Positions 9,559-18,901 of a stretch of 64,000 nt of DNA are shown one piece after another. This stretch comes from an uncultured delta proteobacterium (GTDB lineage: Bacteria > Myxococcota_A > Polyangia > Polyangiales > Polyangiaceae). The notes below the pieces were generated by a model. The model was not told the DNA's origin, made no database searches, and saw only the letters and a list, made by a program, of their open reading frames with translations. Position 1 is the stretch's first letter; every line of letters starts with the position of its first letter. The translations under genes and the position numbers were made by a program. The stretch spans positions 3,968,001 through 4,032,000 of the forward strand of contig CAWAIF010000003.1 in assembly GCA_963782055.1 (NCBI GenBank). Direction: 5' to 3'.

Positions 9559-10995
9559 TCAGCGGCCGGAGTAGACCTTCACCTCCAGCGTGCCCAGCCG
9601 CGGGAACTCGTTCGCCGCGAGCGGCACGTCCTCCTCCTGGCCGTTCAGCGAGAGGCGAACGCGCGTCACGCCGGGGATGCGCTGCAGCGCATCGCGCAGG
9701 CGCCAGCCCATCTTCTGGTCCTCCGAGCCGAAGTCCACGTGCGGGTTGTAGACCGCGCGGGTGTTGGGCTCGAAGATCTCGGCCAGCTCCACCTTCGCCT
9801 CGCTCGCCACGGTCGCCGGGCTCGCGTCCAATCCGACGGTGAGCGAGGCGCTCACGTCGAAGGACCGGTAGACGGGATCCTCCACGCGCAGCGCCAGCGG
9901 GTCGCTACAAGGGATGCCCCGCGCGTCGGCGAGCGCCGCCGCCTTCATCGCCGCGGTGGCCACGCCGCCGGACTCCGGCACGAGCAGCAGCACGCCCTCG
10001 CCCTCCCGGATGGACCGGTCCTGCGCGCGGGTCAGCAGGACGGCCCGGCCCAGGCCATGGATGTCCTCCGGCAACCGCTCGGCGAAATACGCGCGCGCGT
10101 CCACGCAGCGGGGGGCCACCTCCATCGGCGTGGCGAGGTGCGCCGGCGCCGGCGGGGGCGCGTGGACGTGGAGGAACGCCGCGAAGGGCGCGGCGGCGAC
10201 CGCCACCCCCAGCATGCTCATCACCGCGCTGCCGCGCCGCTCGATCGGCGAGAGAGCGTCGCGCAGCGCGAGGTGGCACCGCGCCACGGCGCGCCCGGCG
10301 GCGCTGGAGCGGTACGACGCCACGCCCGCGTCGTCGCGACGGATGAGCACCGCGTCGGTGAGCGAGCCGCTGAGCAGCGGCGGGAGCGTCTCGTAGCCGT
10401 GCGCCTCCGCCTCGGCCATCACCCGGAACGCGCCGTGCTCCCCCCGGTGCACCTGGCGCAAGAACCCCGCGCGCGCGCGATCGCGATGGAGGATCATCGC
10501 GAGGGAGACCACACCGCTCGCGAAGGCGAGGGCGCCGAGCCCCACCGCGACGGCGGAGGGCGCGGCCATCGCCGCGACGCCGGCGATCGCCAGGCCGCCG
10601 CCCGTGCGCACGCCGACCCGCTCCATCCTGTCCAGCGCGCCCTCGGCGAGGGTGACGCGGTGCTCGCGCAGCGCGGGGCCGAAGAGCACCGTCGCGAGGA
10701 GCGCCGGCCCGGCGGCGCAGAGCAGGAGCGCGCCCCCGCCGCTCGCTCGGCCGACGAGCACGCCGCAGAGCGCGCCCACCAGCCCGCCGCCGACCAGCAT
10801 GGTGAAAGCCCACCGCATGCGCACGGCGAGCGCCCCCAGCGCCGCCCCGCCGGCGGCGCCCAGCGCCACGCCGAGCGACGAGGCGCCCTCCGCCCCGAGC
10901 ACGGCGGCGAAGAGCGCGCCTGTCGTCAGCGCGGCCGACACGCCGAAGAGCCGCCGCAGCACCTGCTCCGATGGGAAGGACGGCTCGAGCTGCAT
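9559..10995 (-). CDS. Polytopic membrane protein with a C-terminal baseplate J/gp47-like domain
   Basis: N-terminal Ala/Gly/Leu-rich TM helices, Pro linker, then GLGRAVLLT..EGVLLLVPESGG..LRVEDPVYRSFDVSASL..NPHVDFG..IPGVTRV..LNGQEEDVPLAANEFPRLGTLEV. Confidence 0.6.
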   Translation of the reverse strand: MQLEPSFPSEQVLRRLFGVSAALTTGALFAAVLGAEGASSLGVALGAAGGAALGALAVRMRWAFTMLVGGGLVGALCGVLVGRASGGGALLLCAAGPALLATVLFGPALREHRVTLAEGALDRMERVGVRTGGGLAIAGVAAMAAPSAVAVGLGALAFASGVVSLAMILHRDRARAGFLRQVHRGEHGAFRVMAEAEAHGYETLPPLLSGSLTDAVLIRRDDAGVASYRSSAAGRAVARCHLALRDALSPIERRGSAVMSMLGVAVAAAPFAAFLHVHAPPPAPAHLATPMEVAPRCVDARAYFAERLPEDIHGLGRAVLLTRAQDRSIREGEGVLLLVPESGGVATAAMKAAALADARGIPCSDPLALRVEDPVYRSFDVSASLTVGLDASPATVASEAKVELAEIFEPNTRAVYNPHVDFGSEDQKMGWRLRDALQRIPGVTRVRLSLNGQEEDVPLAANEFPRLGTLEVKVYSGR

Positions 10996-11089
10996 GCCTT
11001 CATGCTGATGGGCCAGCGGCGGGTTGGCAAGGCCTGCCGGCCATCGTCAGTCACCCTGCCCTTCCGGCTGTCTGCCGGCCTGGGTGACC

Positions 11090-11629
11090 TCAGGTCGACC
11101 GCTCGTAGACCATCAGCTCGCCGAACATGTCGGTCTCCCGGAAGCCGACGTGTCGCATGCCCACCTTCTCCAGCACACGGAGGCTGGATTGATGCCACGG
11201 GAAGGTGCACGCCTGCACCCGGGCGACCTCTCGCTGGTCGAGCGCCCAGGTCACCACCGCCGCCGTCCCCTCCGTCGCGTAGCCCTTGCCCTGGAAGGAC
11301 TCGTCCACGCCGTAGGCGACCTCGACGGTGCCGGCGTCGTCCGGCCGCCCGCTGAGGACCACGCTTCCGACGACCAGCCGCCGACGCTCCGCGCCCGCCG
11401 GGCGCGCCACGAGCACCCGCGCCCCCCAGAGCCACGCCTCCGGATCCTGCCGCAGCTTCTCGATGGGGCAGGAGAATGCGCGCTCCACGAGCGCCCGGCC
11501 CGGCCAGAGGTTGGGGAAGCGGGCGCCCACGATGCCCTCCGCGCCCGTGCGATCGCCCTGGAACACCGCCTCGACCAGGTCGCGGGTGATGGGCAAGAGC
11601 TCGAGCCTGGGTGTGAAGATCCGCTCCAC
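11090..11629 (-). CDS. GNAT N-acetyltransferase (RimJ/RimL type)
   Basis: TPRLELLP, EVAYG, FQGKGYATE, SLRVLEKVGM. Confidence 0.9.
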   Translation of the reverse strand: MERIFTPRLELLPITRDLVEAVFQGDRTGAEGIVGARFPNLWPGRALVERAFSCPIEKLRQDPEAWLWGARVLVARPAGAERRRLVVGSVVLSGRPDDAGTVEVAYGVDESFQGKGYATEGTAAVVTWALDQREVARVQACTFPWHQSSLRVLEKVGMRHVGFRETDMFGELMVYERST

Positions 11630-11709
11630 GTTCGAGGCTTAGCGCGCGTCCGCGTCAGCGATCAACACCGCGCCGCGTCAGTCCGGGCGGTCGTGCGTCA
11701 AGGAAATGC

Positions 11710-11737
11710 TTGCTTACGGCGCGGAGGAGACTAGTTT
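11710..11737 (+). promoter_or_regulatory. Putative sigma70 promoter of tRNA-Pro
   Basis: TTGCTT-N16-TAGTTT about 45 nt upstream of the tRNA. Confidence 0.4.
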
Positions 11738-11781
11738 GCGCGCCGCGGTGCGGTTCCCCTCGGGGACTCCGCGGCGTGGCT

Positions 11782-11856
11782 CGGGGCGTAGCGCAGCCTG
11801 GTTAGCGCACCAGACTGGGGGTCTGGGGGTCGGTGGTTCGAATCCACTCGCCCCGA
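11782..11856 (+). tRNA. tRNA-Pro(GGG)
   Basis: CGGGGCG acceptor stem, TAGCGCAGCCTGGTTAGCGC D-arm, CCAGA-CTGGGGG-TCTGG anticodon arm, GGTTCGAATCC T-loop. CCA not encoded. Confidence 0.95.
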
Positions 11857-11866
11857 CGAGCTAGGC

Positions 11867-11898
11867 AGCCAAGCGAAAGCTTGGCTCGCCTCTTCTTT
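11867..11898 (+). terminator. Intrinsic terminator-like hairpin after tRNA-Pro
   Basis: AGCCAAGC-GAAA-GCTTGGCT followed by the pyrimidine tract TCTTCTTT. Confidence 0.6.
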
Positions 11899-11954
11899 CC
11901 GGCGGGTACGGCTCCACCATGCCGCACTGCGCCGTTTTGGCGGCACGCGGGGCG

Positions 11955-14624
11955 TCACCGCCCGAGCGACTTGCCGTCGCCGTCGGCGTCCACCCAGAGC
12001 GCGCCGGTGAAGGCGAAGGGCATGACCTCGTCCGGGTCCCCCGCGAGCACCGGGGAGAGGGGGTCCTTCCCGCGCGCCAGCACCACGAACGCGTCGTCCT
12101 GGTCCACGTCCAGCGAGAAGACCACGTCGGCGGTCATCGCGCCCGACCTCGCCGGCCTCAGCTTGACCGGCGTCCACGCCGCCGGCGCGCCGGCGGGGCT
12201 CGCGGCGTCGCTCCCCGGCTTCTTCCTCGGCCCGACGGCGCGCAGCACCGAGACGCCGTCCACGTGCACCCACGGGGCGCACTCCACGTGCACCTGCACG
12301 CGCAGCTTGCCACCCTTCGCCCGCGCGACGCCCCCCACGCGCGCGCCGCCGGCGGTCACCCGCAGGAAAGGGCCGTTGGTCACCACCACGTCGCGCCGGA
12401 CGCGCAGGGCGTCCACGAGGTCCCGTGTGCGCGCCCCGTTCCACGCGTCCAGATCGCGGTCGTCGCCGACGCGCACGTAGGTGCGCGGGTAGCCCGCCTC
12501 CTGCCGGACCATGCCGTGGGTGTCGGTGTTGCCCGTCAGCGTGACCGGGTGGCCGGTGCGCAGCAGGGCGAGGGCGTCGGGCAGCACCAGATCGCGCGAG
12601 CCGACGTTGCGGCCGTTCCACACCTCCAGCGCGTCGAAGCCGGGGTCGTAGCCCGGATCCTTCCCCACGCCGGTGGCGCGATCGAAGCGGTAGCGGTCGA
12701 AGTAGCCGGTGGACCCCGAGCGCGGGTGGTTGATCTGCAGCACGAACTCGCCGCGATCCCGCCGCAGCGCCTCGAACAGGGCGCGGGCCCCACCGTCGCC
12801 GATGGCCGGGGCGCCGCCGCGCGGCTTGTCCGGGTCGGGGACGAGCGGGAAGACGTTCGCGTGGCCCCACGGGTGCGGACTGGCGTCGCTCGTCAGCTCG
12901 TCGCCGGGGATCTCCACCAGGTGCTGCTGCACGTGGAGGTCGCGCACCACCGGCATCAGGTCGGCGACGACGTTGTGCTCGCTGGCGACCGCCACCTCCA
13001 CGCCCTCGGCGACGTTGCCGATCACGCGGTCTCGGGTGGAGGTGGGCGCGTCGATGCCCAGCATGGTGTGCTGGTGGAAGTCGGCGGCGACGTACCCGGT
13101 GGTGTCCACCACGCGCCGCAGCACGCACCGGTCGCCGCCGCACGCGTCGGTGAGCGCGCCCGGCTTGACGTCCACGTCCACCGTCGCGAGCGCGTACTCC
13201 GGCCCGCGCGAGAGCACCAGCCGGTAGCGCCCCGGCGCCACGGCCACGTCCACCACGCCCGTCGGCGTCGTGACCTGGTTGCGCGCCGGCCCCGCCATGT
13301 GCGGGGGCCCGAAGTCGGGCGAGGAGCTGCCGCCCAGGCCGACGAGGGTCGCCTTGCACGGCACCGCCACCCGGTTCTGCTTGACGCCGCTGCCCGCCGC
13401 GAGCTCGACGCAGGCCGCGTGCAGGCGCCCCGGCGCGCTCACCTCCAGCGTCGCCTTCGCCGTCTCGCCCGCCTGCACGGTGACGGGCACCTTGGGGCCG
13501 CGCGAGGCGCGCCCGCCGCCGCCGAGGAAGGCGAGGAGGTACTTCCCGGGCGGCAGCTCCCCGCCGAGGACGCCCTGCGACGCGCGCAGGTCCATCACCG
13601 GCTTGCCCAGCGGGTTCTGTACCTCCACGTCGGCGTAGTCCGGCGCGGGCACGCGCGCGCCGGTGTCGTCGGTGAGCGCGACGTCGACCGTGCCCACCGA
13701 CCCGCCGGAGGCCTTCGTCAGCTCGGCCACCAGGCCGCTGACGTCGGCGCGCGGGCCGACGATGAAGACGCGCGCGTAGTCGGCGCCCTTGCCCGGGTCG
13801 ATGACCATCGTCTTGGACTGGAGGGTGTCGCTCCAGGAGGGCCCGTTGACCGCGTCGATCTGGCCGTCGGTCGTGGTGAGGGCGTAGCTCACGTACCGGC
13901 CGATGCCGCCCAGAAAGGAGCCGCTGGAGTAGCCCCTGTGGAAGCCGCGCCCGCGGTCCGGAGAGAACTTCTCCGCGCCGCCCCACTGCACGGCGTCGCC
14001 CAGGCGCACACCGCCGATGGCGTGGTCGCCGTGGTTGCGCAGGTGCGTCTCGATGAGCAGCGCGCGATCCCCCGGCCTCAGGGTGTAACGCGTGGTGACC
14101 GCGAGCGCCGGCTCGTTGAGCAGGTGGCCGCTCGCCTCCACCCAGGCCGCGCCGTCCCTGGAGGCGCCGCTCTTGAGCGAGTCGTAGACGCCCTGGCTCG
14201 GGAAGGTCCCGAGGGAGGTGAAGATCTGCCCCAGCTCGTCCTTGCGCGCGCGCGCGTCCGCGGCGTCGACGATGTTGCCGCCGCTCTCGGCGAAGCCCAC
14301 GCCGCCCCACGGGATGCCCCCGCCCTGCGCGGGCGCGGCGAGCTGATCGATGACGAAGACGACCTCGTCGTTCTGGAGGATGAGGTCGCCGGCGCGGCCG
14401 ATGGCGTTGGGACCGCCCAGCAGGTCCGCCGCCGTCATCACCCGCACGCGCGCGGCCGCGGCGATGGGCGTGGCGCCCGCATGATCGCCGCCATGGCCGA
14501 TCCAGAGCGCGCGGGCGGCCGCGCCCGGCGTCACCTTCACCTGCGGGGTGTAATCCGCCCCCGGGCCACAGCTCGCGAGGACGCCGAAGGCCCCCGCCAG
14601 CGCGACCGCGTGCCTAGCGCCCAT
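11955..14624 (-). CDS. Exported PHP-fold metallohydrolase (CehA/McbA-like) lipoprotein
   Basis: Lipobox LASC. Metal-binding motifs DFHQHT, SEHN, GHANVFP, INHPR, DALEVWNG, GNTDTH. Confidence 0.8.
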   Translation of the reverse strand: MGARHAVALAGAFGVLASCGPGADYTPQVKVTPGAAARALWIGHGGDHAGATPIAAAARVRVMTAADLLGGPNAIGRAGDLILQNDEVVFVIDQLAAPAQGGGIPWGGVGFAESGGNIVDAADARARKDELGQIFTSLGTFPSQGVYDSLKSGASRDGAAWVEASGHLLNEPALAVTTRYTLRPGDRALLIETHLRNHGDHAIGGVRLGDAVQWGGAEKFSPDRGRGFHRGYSSGSFLGGIGRYVSYALTTTDGQIDAVNGPSWSDTLQSKTMVIDPGKGADYARVFIVGPRADVSGLVAELTKASGGSVGTVDVALTDDTGARVPAPDYADVEVQNPLGKPVMDLRASQGVLGGELPPGKYLLAFLGGGGRASRGPKVPVTVQAGETAKATLEVSAPGRLHAACVELAAGSGVKQNRVAVPCKATLVGLGGSSSPDFGPPHMAGPARNQVTTPTGVVDVAVAPGRYRLVLSRGPEYALATVDVDVKPGALTDACGGDRCVLRRVVDTTGYVAADFHQHTMLGIDAPTSTRDRVIGNVAEGVEVAVASEHNVVADLMPVVRDLHVQQHLVEIPGDELTSDASPHPWGHANVFPLVPDPDKPRGGAPAIGDGGARALFEALRRDRGEFVLQINHPRSGSTGYFDRYRFDRATGVGKDPGYDPGFDALEVWNGRNVGSRDLVLPDALALLRTGHPVTLTGNTDTHGMVRQEAGYPRTYVRVGDDRDLDAWNGARTRDLVDALRVRRDVVVTNGPFLRVTAGGARVGGVARAKGGKLRVQVHVECAPWVHVDGVSVLRAVGPRKKPGSDAASPAGAPAAWTPVKLRPARSGAMTADVVFSLDVDQDDAFVVLARGKDPLSPVLAGDPDEVMPFAFTGALWVDADGDGKSLGR

Positions 14625-15780
14625 GCCGTATGAGAAACCGCGCGAGGGCCTGGGCTTTGAGCAGCAGCGTCGCGACCTCGATCTGCTCGTCCTTGGTGTG
14701 GAAGCCGATGCCCCGCGGGCCGAGGCCGTCGATCGACGCGATCCCCATCGCCGAGGAGGTGCTCGCGTCGGACCCGCCGCCGATGAGGCCCGCCTCGCCG
14801 TCGCCCAGACCGGACGCCTTCGCGCAGGCGCCGTACGCGCGCATGAGCTCGGCGCTCGCCTCGGTGCGCTCGAGGGGCAGGCGCGCGATCCCGCCCGCCA
14901 GCGTGACGCGCGTCCCCTCCACCGCCGCCTCCGTCGCGACGCGCTCGAGCTCCCGCACCAGGGCCTCGCCCTCCGGCTTGCTCTCGAAGCGGATGTCCAG
15001 CTGGGCCTCCGCCCGCTCCGGCACGGTGTTCTTGCTGGTCCCGCCGGAGATGCGGCCGACGTTGACCGTCACCCCGCGCGCGTAATCGGTGAGGGCCTGC
15101 GCGCGGTCGACGAAGCGGGCGAGCGCCCAGATGGCGTTCTTGCCTTCCTTGTGCGCCGCGCCCGCGTGCGCGGCCTTCCCCTCGGCGATGGCGGTCATCC
15201 CGCCGGTGCCCTTGCGTCGCGTGATGAGGGCGTCCGCCTTGCGGCCGGCCTCGAAGACCAGCGCCGCCCGCGCGTCGCGCACCGCCTGCCGGATGACCCC
15301 CTGCCCTTCCGGCGAGCCCACCTCCTCGTCGGAGACCACGACCACCCGCAGCGGCGCGATCGCGTCCAGGCCGGAGGTCTCGGCGACCGCGCGCACCGCC
15401 CAGCCGACCACCACCAGCCCGCCCTTCATGTCCAGCACGCCGGGGCCCCGCGCGAGCTCCCCGTCGCGGCGGAAGCCCTCGAAGGTGCCCGGCGGGAAGA
15501 CGGTGTCCAGGTGGCCGATGAGCGCCAGCGGCGGCCGCGCGCTCGCGCCCGCGGAGCGGAACACCAGGTGATCGGCGAACCGTTGACTGGTCAAGAGATC
15601 CGCCGAGAGGCCCGGCACGCCGAAGGTGCGCTCCCGCAGCAGGGTGCCCACCGCCCGGCCTCCCTCCACGTTCTCGGTGAAGGAGTTGACCGTGACGAGC
15701 TCGGCGAGCTCCTCTTCCATCGCCCCCGCGCGGCTGGCGAGCCACGCGCAGGCGTCCGATTCGGCGGCTTCGGGCGGCAT
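14614..15780 (-). CDS. M20 family metallopeptidase (glutamate carboxypeptidase-like)
   Basis: IGHLDTV, GPGVLDMKGG, SDEEVGS, FEAG, GGSDA, GLGPRGIGFH. Confidence 0.92.
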   Translation of the reverse strand: MPPEAAESDACAWLASRAGAMEEELAELVTVNSFTENVEGGRAVGTLLRERTFGVPGLSADLLTSQRFADHLVFRSAGASARPPLALIGHLDTVFPPGTFEGFRRDGELARGPGVLDMKGGLVVVGWAVRAVAETSGLDAIAPLRVVVVSDEEVGSPEGQGVIRQAVRDARAALVFEAGRKADALITRRKGTGGMTAIAEGKAAHAGAAHKEGKNAIWALARFVDRAQALTDYARGVTVNVGRISGGTSKNTVPERAEAQLDIRFESKPEGEALVRELERVATEAAVEGTRVTLAGGIARLPLERTEASAELMRAYGACAKASGLGDGEAGLIGGGSDASTSSAMGIASIDGLGPRGIGFHTKDEQIEVATLLLKAQALARFLIRHGR

Positions 15781-15837
15781 CGCCGGAGAAGGTCGGCCCT
15801 GGACGGGCCCGGCGTCAAGACGCGACGCGCGCGGCGG

Positions 15838-16017
15838 CTACTTCGTCGTCTCTGCGGGCGGCGGGGGCGCCGCGACGTCCCAGTCGCCCTGAGCATCACG
15901 CAGCCCCGCCACCGCGGCCGGGGGCACGCTCCAGGCAACATGCTCGGCGTCCTCTGCCGGCTGCTTCCCTTGCTTGCGCGCCTCGATCTCGGGATCGGCA
16001 AAACCAGTGAGCATCAT
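15838..16017 (-). CDS. Small hypothetical protein (59 aa, MMLTGFADPEIEARKQG...; alternative start at 16107)
   Basis: GGAGAGAGG SD-like sequence 11 nt upstream and a strong promoter further upstream. No recognisable domain. Confidence 0.4.
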   Translation of the reverse strand: MMLTGFADPEIEARKQGKQPAEDAEHVAWSVPPAAVAGLRDAQGDWDVAAPPPPAETTK

Positions 16018-16215
16018 GATCGTGTCAGCCTCTCTCCACCCGCCGCCTGGGCACTGGCCCGACCTGCCGCCGGACCCTGGTTCCCCCCTCCAAAGAAGCA
16101 CCCGCATCACCGACCACCACCGTACCCGCCGGCAGCAGCACCCAGGTGACGAGGCCGCGACATCCCAAGGAAAAGCGCCGGCCCACCATGGACTCCCATG
16201 TGAGCACGACGGATC

Positions 16216-16244
16216 TGCATACCTACATGTGCGCCAGCTGTCAA
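16216..16244 (-). promoter_or_regulatory. Sigma70 promoter TTGACA-N17-TATGCA
   Basis: Perfect -35 hexamer and 17-nt spacer in a lower-GC intergenic region. Confidence 0.65.
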
Positions 16245-16341
16245 CGGCAAAGCTGGGCCGGGGCGCGCAGGCGCGCAAGTGCGCGAGATTTGGGCTGCCC
16301 GGCCTGGCGGGGGGCGCCCCTTTTGCCTATACCGCAGGGCC

Positions 16342-17400
16342 ATGGCGAAGCAGCTGAAGGCGGCGGTCATCGGGGGGAGCGGGTACGGCGGCGGCGAGCT
16401 CATCCGCCGGCTCATGCACCACCCGGAGGTGGAGCTCGTCCGGGTGGCGTCGGTCGATTTCATCGGCGAGCCGATCTCGGCCGTGCACCCCAACCTGGAG
16501 GGGCTCACCGATCTCGTGTTCGAGGGCCTCTCCCCCGGCGAGGCGGCGCGCGGGATGGACGTGGTGCTGCTCGGCCTGCCTCACAAGGTGAGCGCGACCA
16601 AGATGCCGGAGATCATGACGACCGGCGCGCGCGTCGTGGATCTGTCCGGCGACTTTCGCCTGCGCGATCCCGCCGCGTACAAGAAGTACTACGGCGTGGA
16701 TCACCCCGCGCCGGCGGACCTGGAGAAGGGCACCTTCGTCTACGGCCTGCCGGAGCTCAACCGCGAGCGCATCCGCAAGGCGCGCTATGTCGCCTCGCCG
16801 GGGTGCTTCGCCACCACCATCGAGCTCGGCCTGCTGCCGCTCGCGCGCGCGGGCCTGCTCTCCGGCCCGGTGGAGGTCGTGGGGATCACCGGGTCCTCCG
16901 GCAGCGGCGTCAAGCCGAGCGCGGGGACGCACCACCCGGTGCGCGCGGTGAACCTGCGGACCTACAAGCCGCTGGCGCACCAGCACATCCCGGAGATCGT
17001 GGAGACGCTGGCGGCGGCGGGCGCGAAGCAGCTCGCGCTGCGCTTCGTGCCGGTGAGCGCGCCCCTCTCCCGCGGGATCTTCGCCACCTCCTTCGCCCAC
17101 GTCGACGCGTCGGTGGACGCCGACCGCATCCGGGCGATCTACGCCGAGGCGTACGCCGGCGAGCCCTTCGTGAGGGTGCCGAAGAACCGGCTGCCGGAGG
17201 TCGTCGCGGTGAGCGGCTCCAACTACGCCGAGGTGGGCGTGCAGGTGGGCGAGGCGGCGGGCGGCAAGCGCGTCGTCGCGTGCTTCTCTGCCACCGACAA
17301 CCTGATCAAGGGCGGCGCGGGCCAGGGCATCCAGAGCATGAACCTGATGCTCGGCCTGGACGAGCGCGCCACGCTGGAGGACCCCGGGGGCTACCCGTGA
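16342..17400 (+). CDS. argC: N-acetyl-gamma-glutamyl-phosphate reductase
   Basis: IGGSGYGGGEL, DLSGDFRL, YGLPE, SPGCFAT, DNLIKGGAGQ. Confidence 0.93.
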   Translation: MAKQLKAAVIGGSGYGGGELIRRLMHHPEVELVRVASVDFIGEPISAVHPNLEGLTDLVFEGLSPGEAARGMDVVLLGLPHKVSATKMPEIMTTGARVVDLSGDFRLRDPAAYKKYYGVDHPAPADLEKGTFVYGLPELNRERIRKARYVASPGCFATTIELGLLPLARAGLLSGPVEVVGITGSSGSGVKPSAGTHHPVRAVNLRTYKPLAHQHIPEIVETLAAAGAKQLALRFVPVSAPLSRGIFATSFAHVDASVDADRIRAIYAEAYAGEPFVRVPKNRLPEVVAVSGSNYAEVGVQVGEAAGGKRVVACFSATDNLIKGGAGQGIQSMNLMLGLDERATLEDPGGYP

Positions 17401-18215
17401 AGGACCCGGTCGTCCTCAAGCTCGGCGGCGACGTCGCCTCCGGCCCGGCGATGGACGCGATCGCCCCCGACGTGGCGGCGCTCCGCGCGGCGGGGCGGCC
17501 GGTGGTCATCGTCCACGGCGGCGGCCCTCAGGCGACAGCGCTGCAGAAGCAGCTCGGGCAGACGCCCAACATCGTCGCCGGGCGCCGGGTCACCGACGCC
17601 GCCACGCTGGACGTGATGAAGATGGTCGTCGCGGGCAAGGTGAACGTCGACCTCTGCGCGAAGCTGCACGCCGCCGGGGCGAAGCCGGTGGGCCTGCACG
17701 GCGCGAGCAGCGGCGTCATCGCCGCGCGCAAGCGCCCGCCGAAGGTGCTCGCCGGCGGCGGCCCGGACCCGGTGGACCTGGGCCTGGTGGGCGACGTCGT
17801 CGGCCTGGACCACGCCCTGCTCTCCCTGCTGGTGGGCGCCGGCTACGTGCCGGTGCTTGCGTGCCTCGGCTGCGGGGAGGACGGACAGGTCTACAACATC
17901 AACGCCGACACCGTGGCCAACCGCGTGGCGATCGCCCTGGACGCCTCCGCGCTGCTGCTCGTCAGCGACGTGCCCGGCGTGCTGCGCGACGTGGCCAATC
18001 CCGCCTCGCGCATCCCGCGGCTCTCGCGCGAGGAGGGCAAGAAGGCCATCGAGGAGGGCGTCATCACCAAGGGGATGATCCCCAAGGTGGACGAGTCCTT
18101 CCGCGCCATCGCCGAGGGCGTGCGCGCCGTGCACATCGTGGGGAAGCTCGGCCGGGGAGACCTGGCGCGCGAGGTGGAGCAGCCGGGGAGCGTGGGCACG
18201 GTGCTCGTGCCGTGA
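17397..18215 (+). CDS. argB: Acetylglutamate kinase
   Basis: VLKLGG, VHGGGPQ, GRRVTD, NINADT, GMIPKV. GTGA overlap with argC. Confidence 0.92.
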   Translation: MKDPVVLKLGGDVASGPAMDAIAPDVAALRAAGRPVVIVHGGGPQATALQKQLGQTPNIVAGRRVTDAATLDVMKMVVAGKVNVDLCAKLHAAGAKPVGLHGASSGVIAARKRPPKVLAGGGPDPVDLGLVGDVVGLDHALLSLLVGAGYVPVLACLGCGEDGQVYNINADTVANRVAIALDASALLLVSDVPGVLRDVANPASRIPRLSREEGKKAIEEGVITKGMIPKVDESFRAIAEGVRAVHIVGKLGRGDLAREVEQPGSVGTVLVP

Positions 18216-18901
18216 CGGTGTCCGCGGGCCCTTCGGGCGGCCGGACGACCTCCGGCCGGACCTCAGGTCGCGTCGTCGTCGTCGACACCGGCCTGGGCAA
18301 CCTGCGGAGCGTGGTGCGCGCGCTGGAGGAGGCGGCGCGCCGCGAAGGTGTGGCGGCGTCGGTGGAGATCACCGGGCGGCCGGAGGATGTGGCGCGCGCC
18401 GACAAGCTGGTCGTGCCCGGGCAGGGCGCCTTCCGCGACTGCGCCGCCGCGCTGGAGGCCGGATTGAAGGAGCCCATCCTGGAGAGCATCCGGCGCGGCA
18501 CGCCGTACCTCGGCCTGTGCCTCGGCCTGCAGGTGCTCTTCGAGTCGAGCGAGGAGGCGGAGGGCTGCGCCGGCCTGGGCGTCATGCGCGGGAAGGTGCG
18601 GCGCCTCGCCGGCGGCACCGAGGCGCTGACCGGCCGGCGCCTCAAGATCCCGCACGTGGGGTGGAACAAGGCCGAGCCCGCGCGGCCGTCGCGCGTGCTC
18701 CCGGAGGCGGCGGAGTACTTCTACTTCGTGCACAGCTACGTCGTCGCGCCCCAGGACGCCTCGGTCGTCGCCGCGACGACGGAGTACGGCGAGCGCTTCG
18801 CGTCCGCCGTGGAGCGTGACAACGTGGTGGCGGTGCAGTTCCACCCGGAGAAGAGCCAGGCGGCGGGGCTCGCGCTGCTCGGCCGGTTCGTGAGGTCGTG
18901 A
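18212..18901 (+). CDS. hisH: Imidazole glycerol phosphate synthase, glutaminase subunit
   Basis: GNLRSV, PGQGAF, LGLCLGLQ, IPHVGWN, YFVHSY, QFHPEKS. Confidence 0.95.
   Translation: MTVSAGPSGGRTTSGRTSGRVVVVDTGLGNLRSVVRALEEAARREGVAASVEITGRPEDVARADKLVVPGQGAFRDCAAALEAGLKEPILESIRRGTPYLGLCLGLQVLFESSEEAEGCAGLGVMRGKVRRLAGGTEALTGRRLKIPHVGWNKAEPARPSRVLPEAAEYFYFVHSYVVAPQDASVVAATTEYGERFASAVERDNVVAVQFHPEKSQAAGLALLGRFVRS

Noticed and set aside
16017..16210. 6S RNA or a known riboswitch call for the structured leader
   Set aside because: The length and rod shape are suggestive, but I could not find the 6S central-bubble motifs, the usual zapA/ygfA context or any riboswitch consensus. Kept only as an unassigned candidate.
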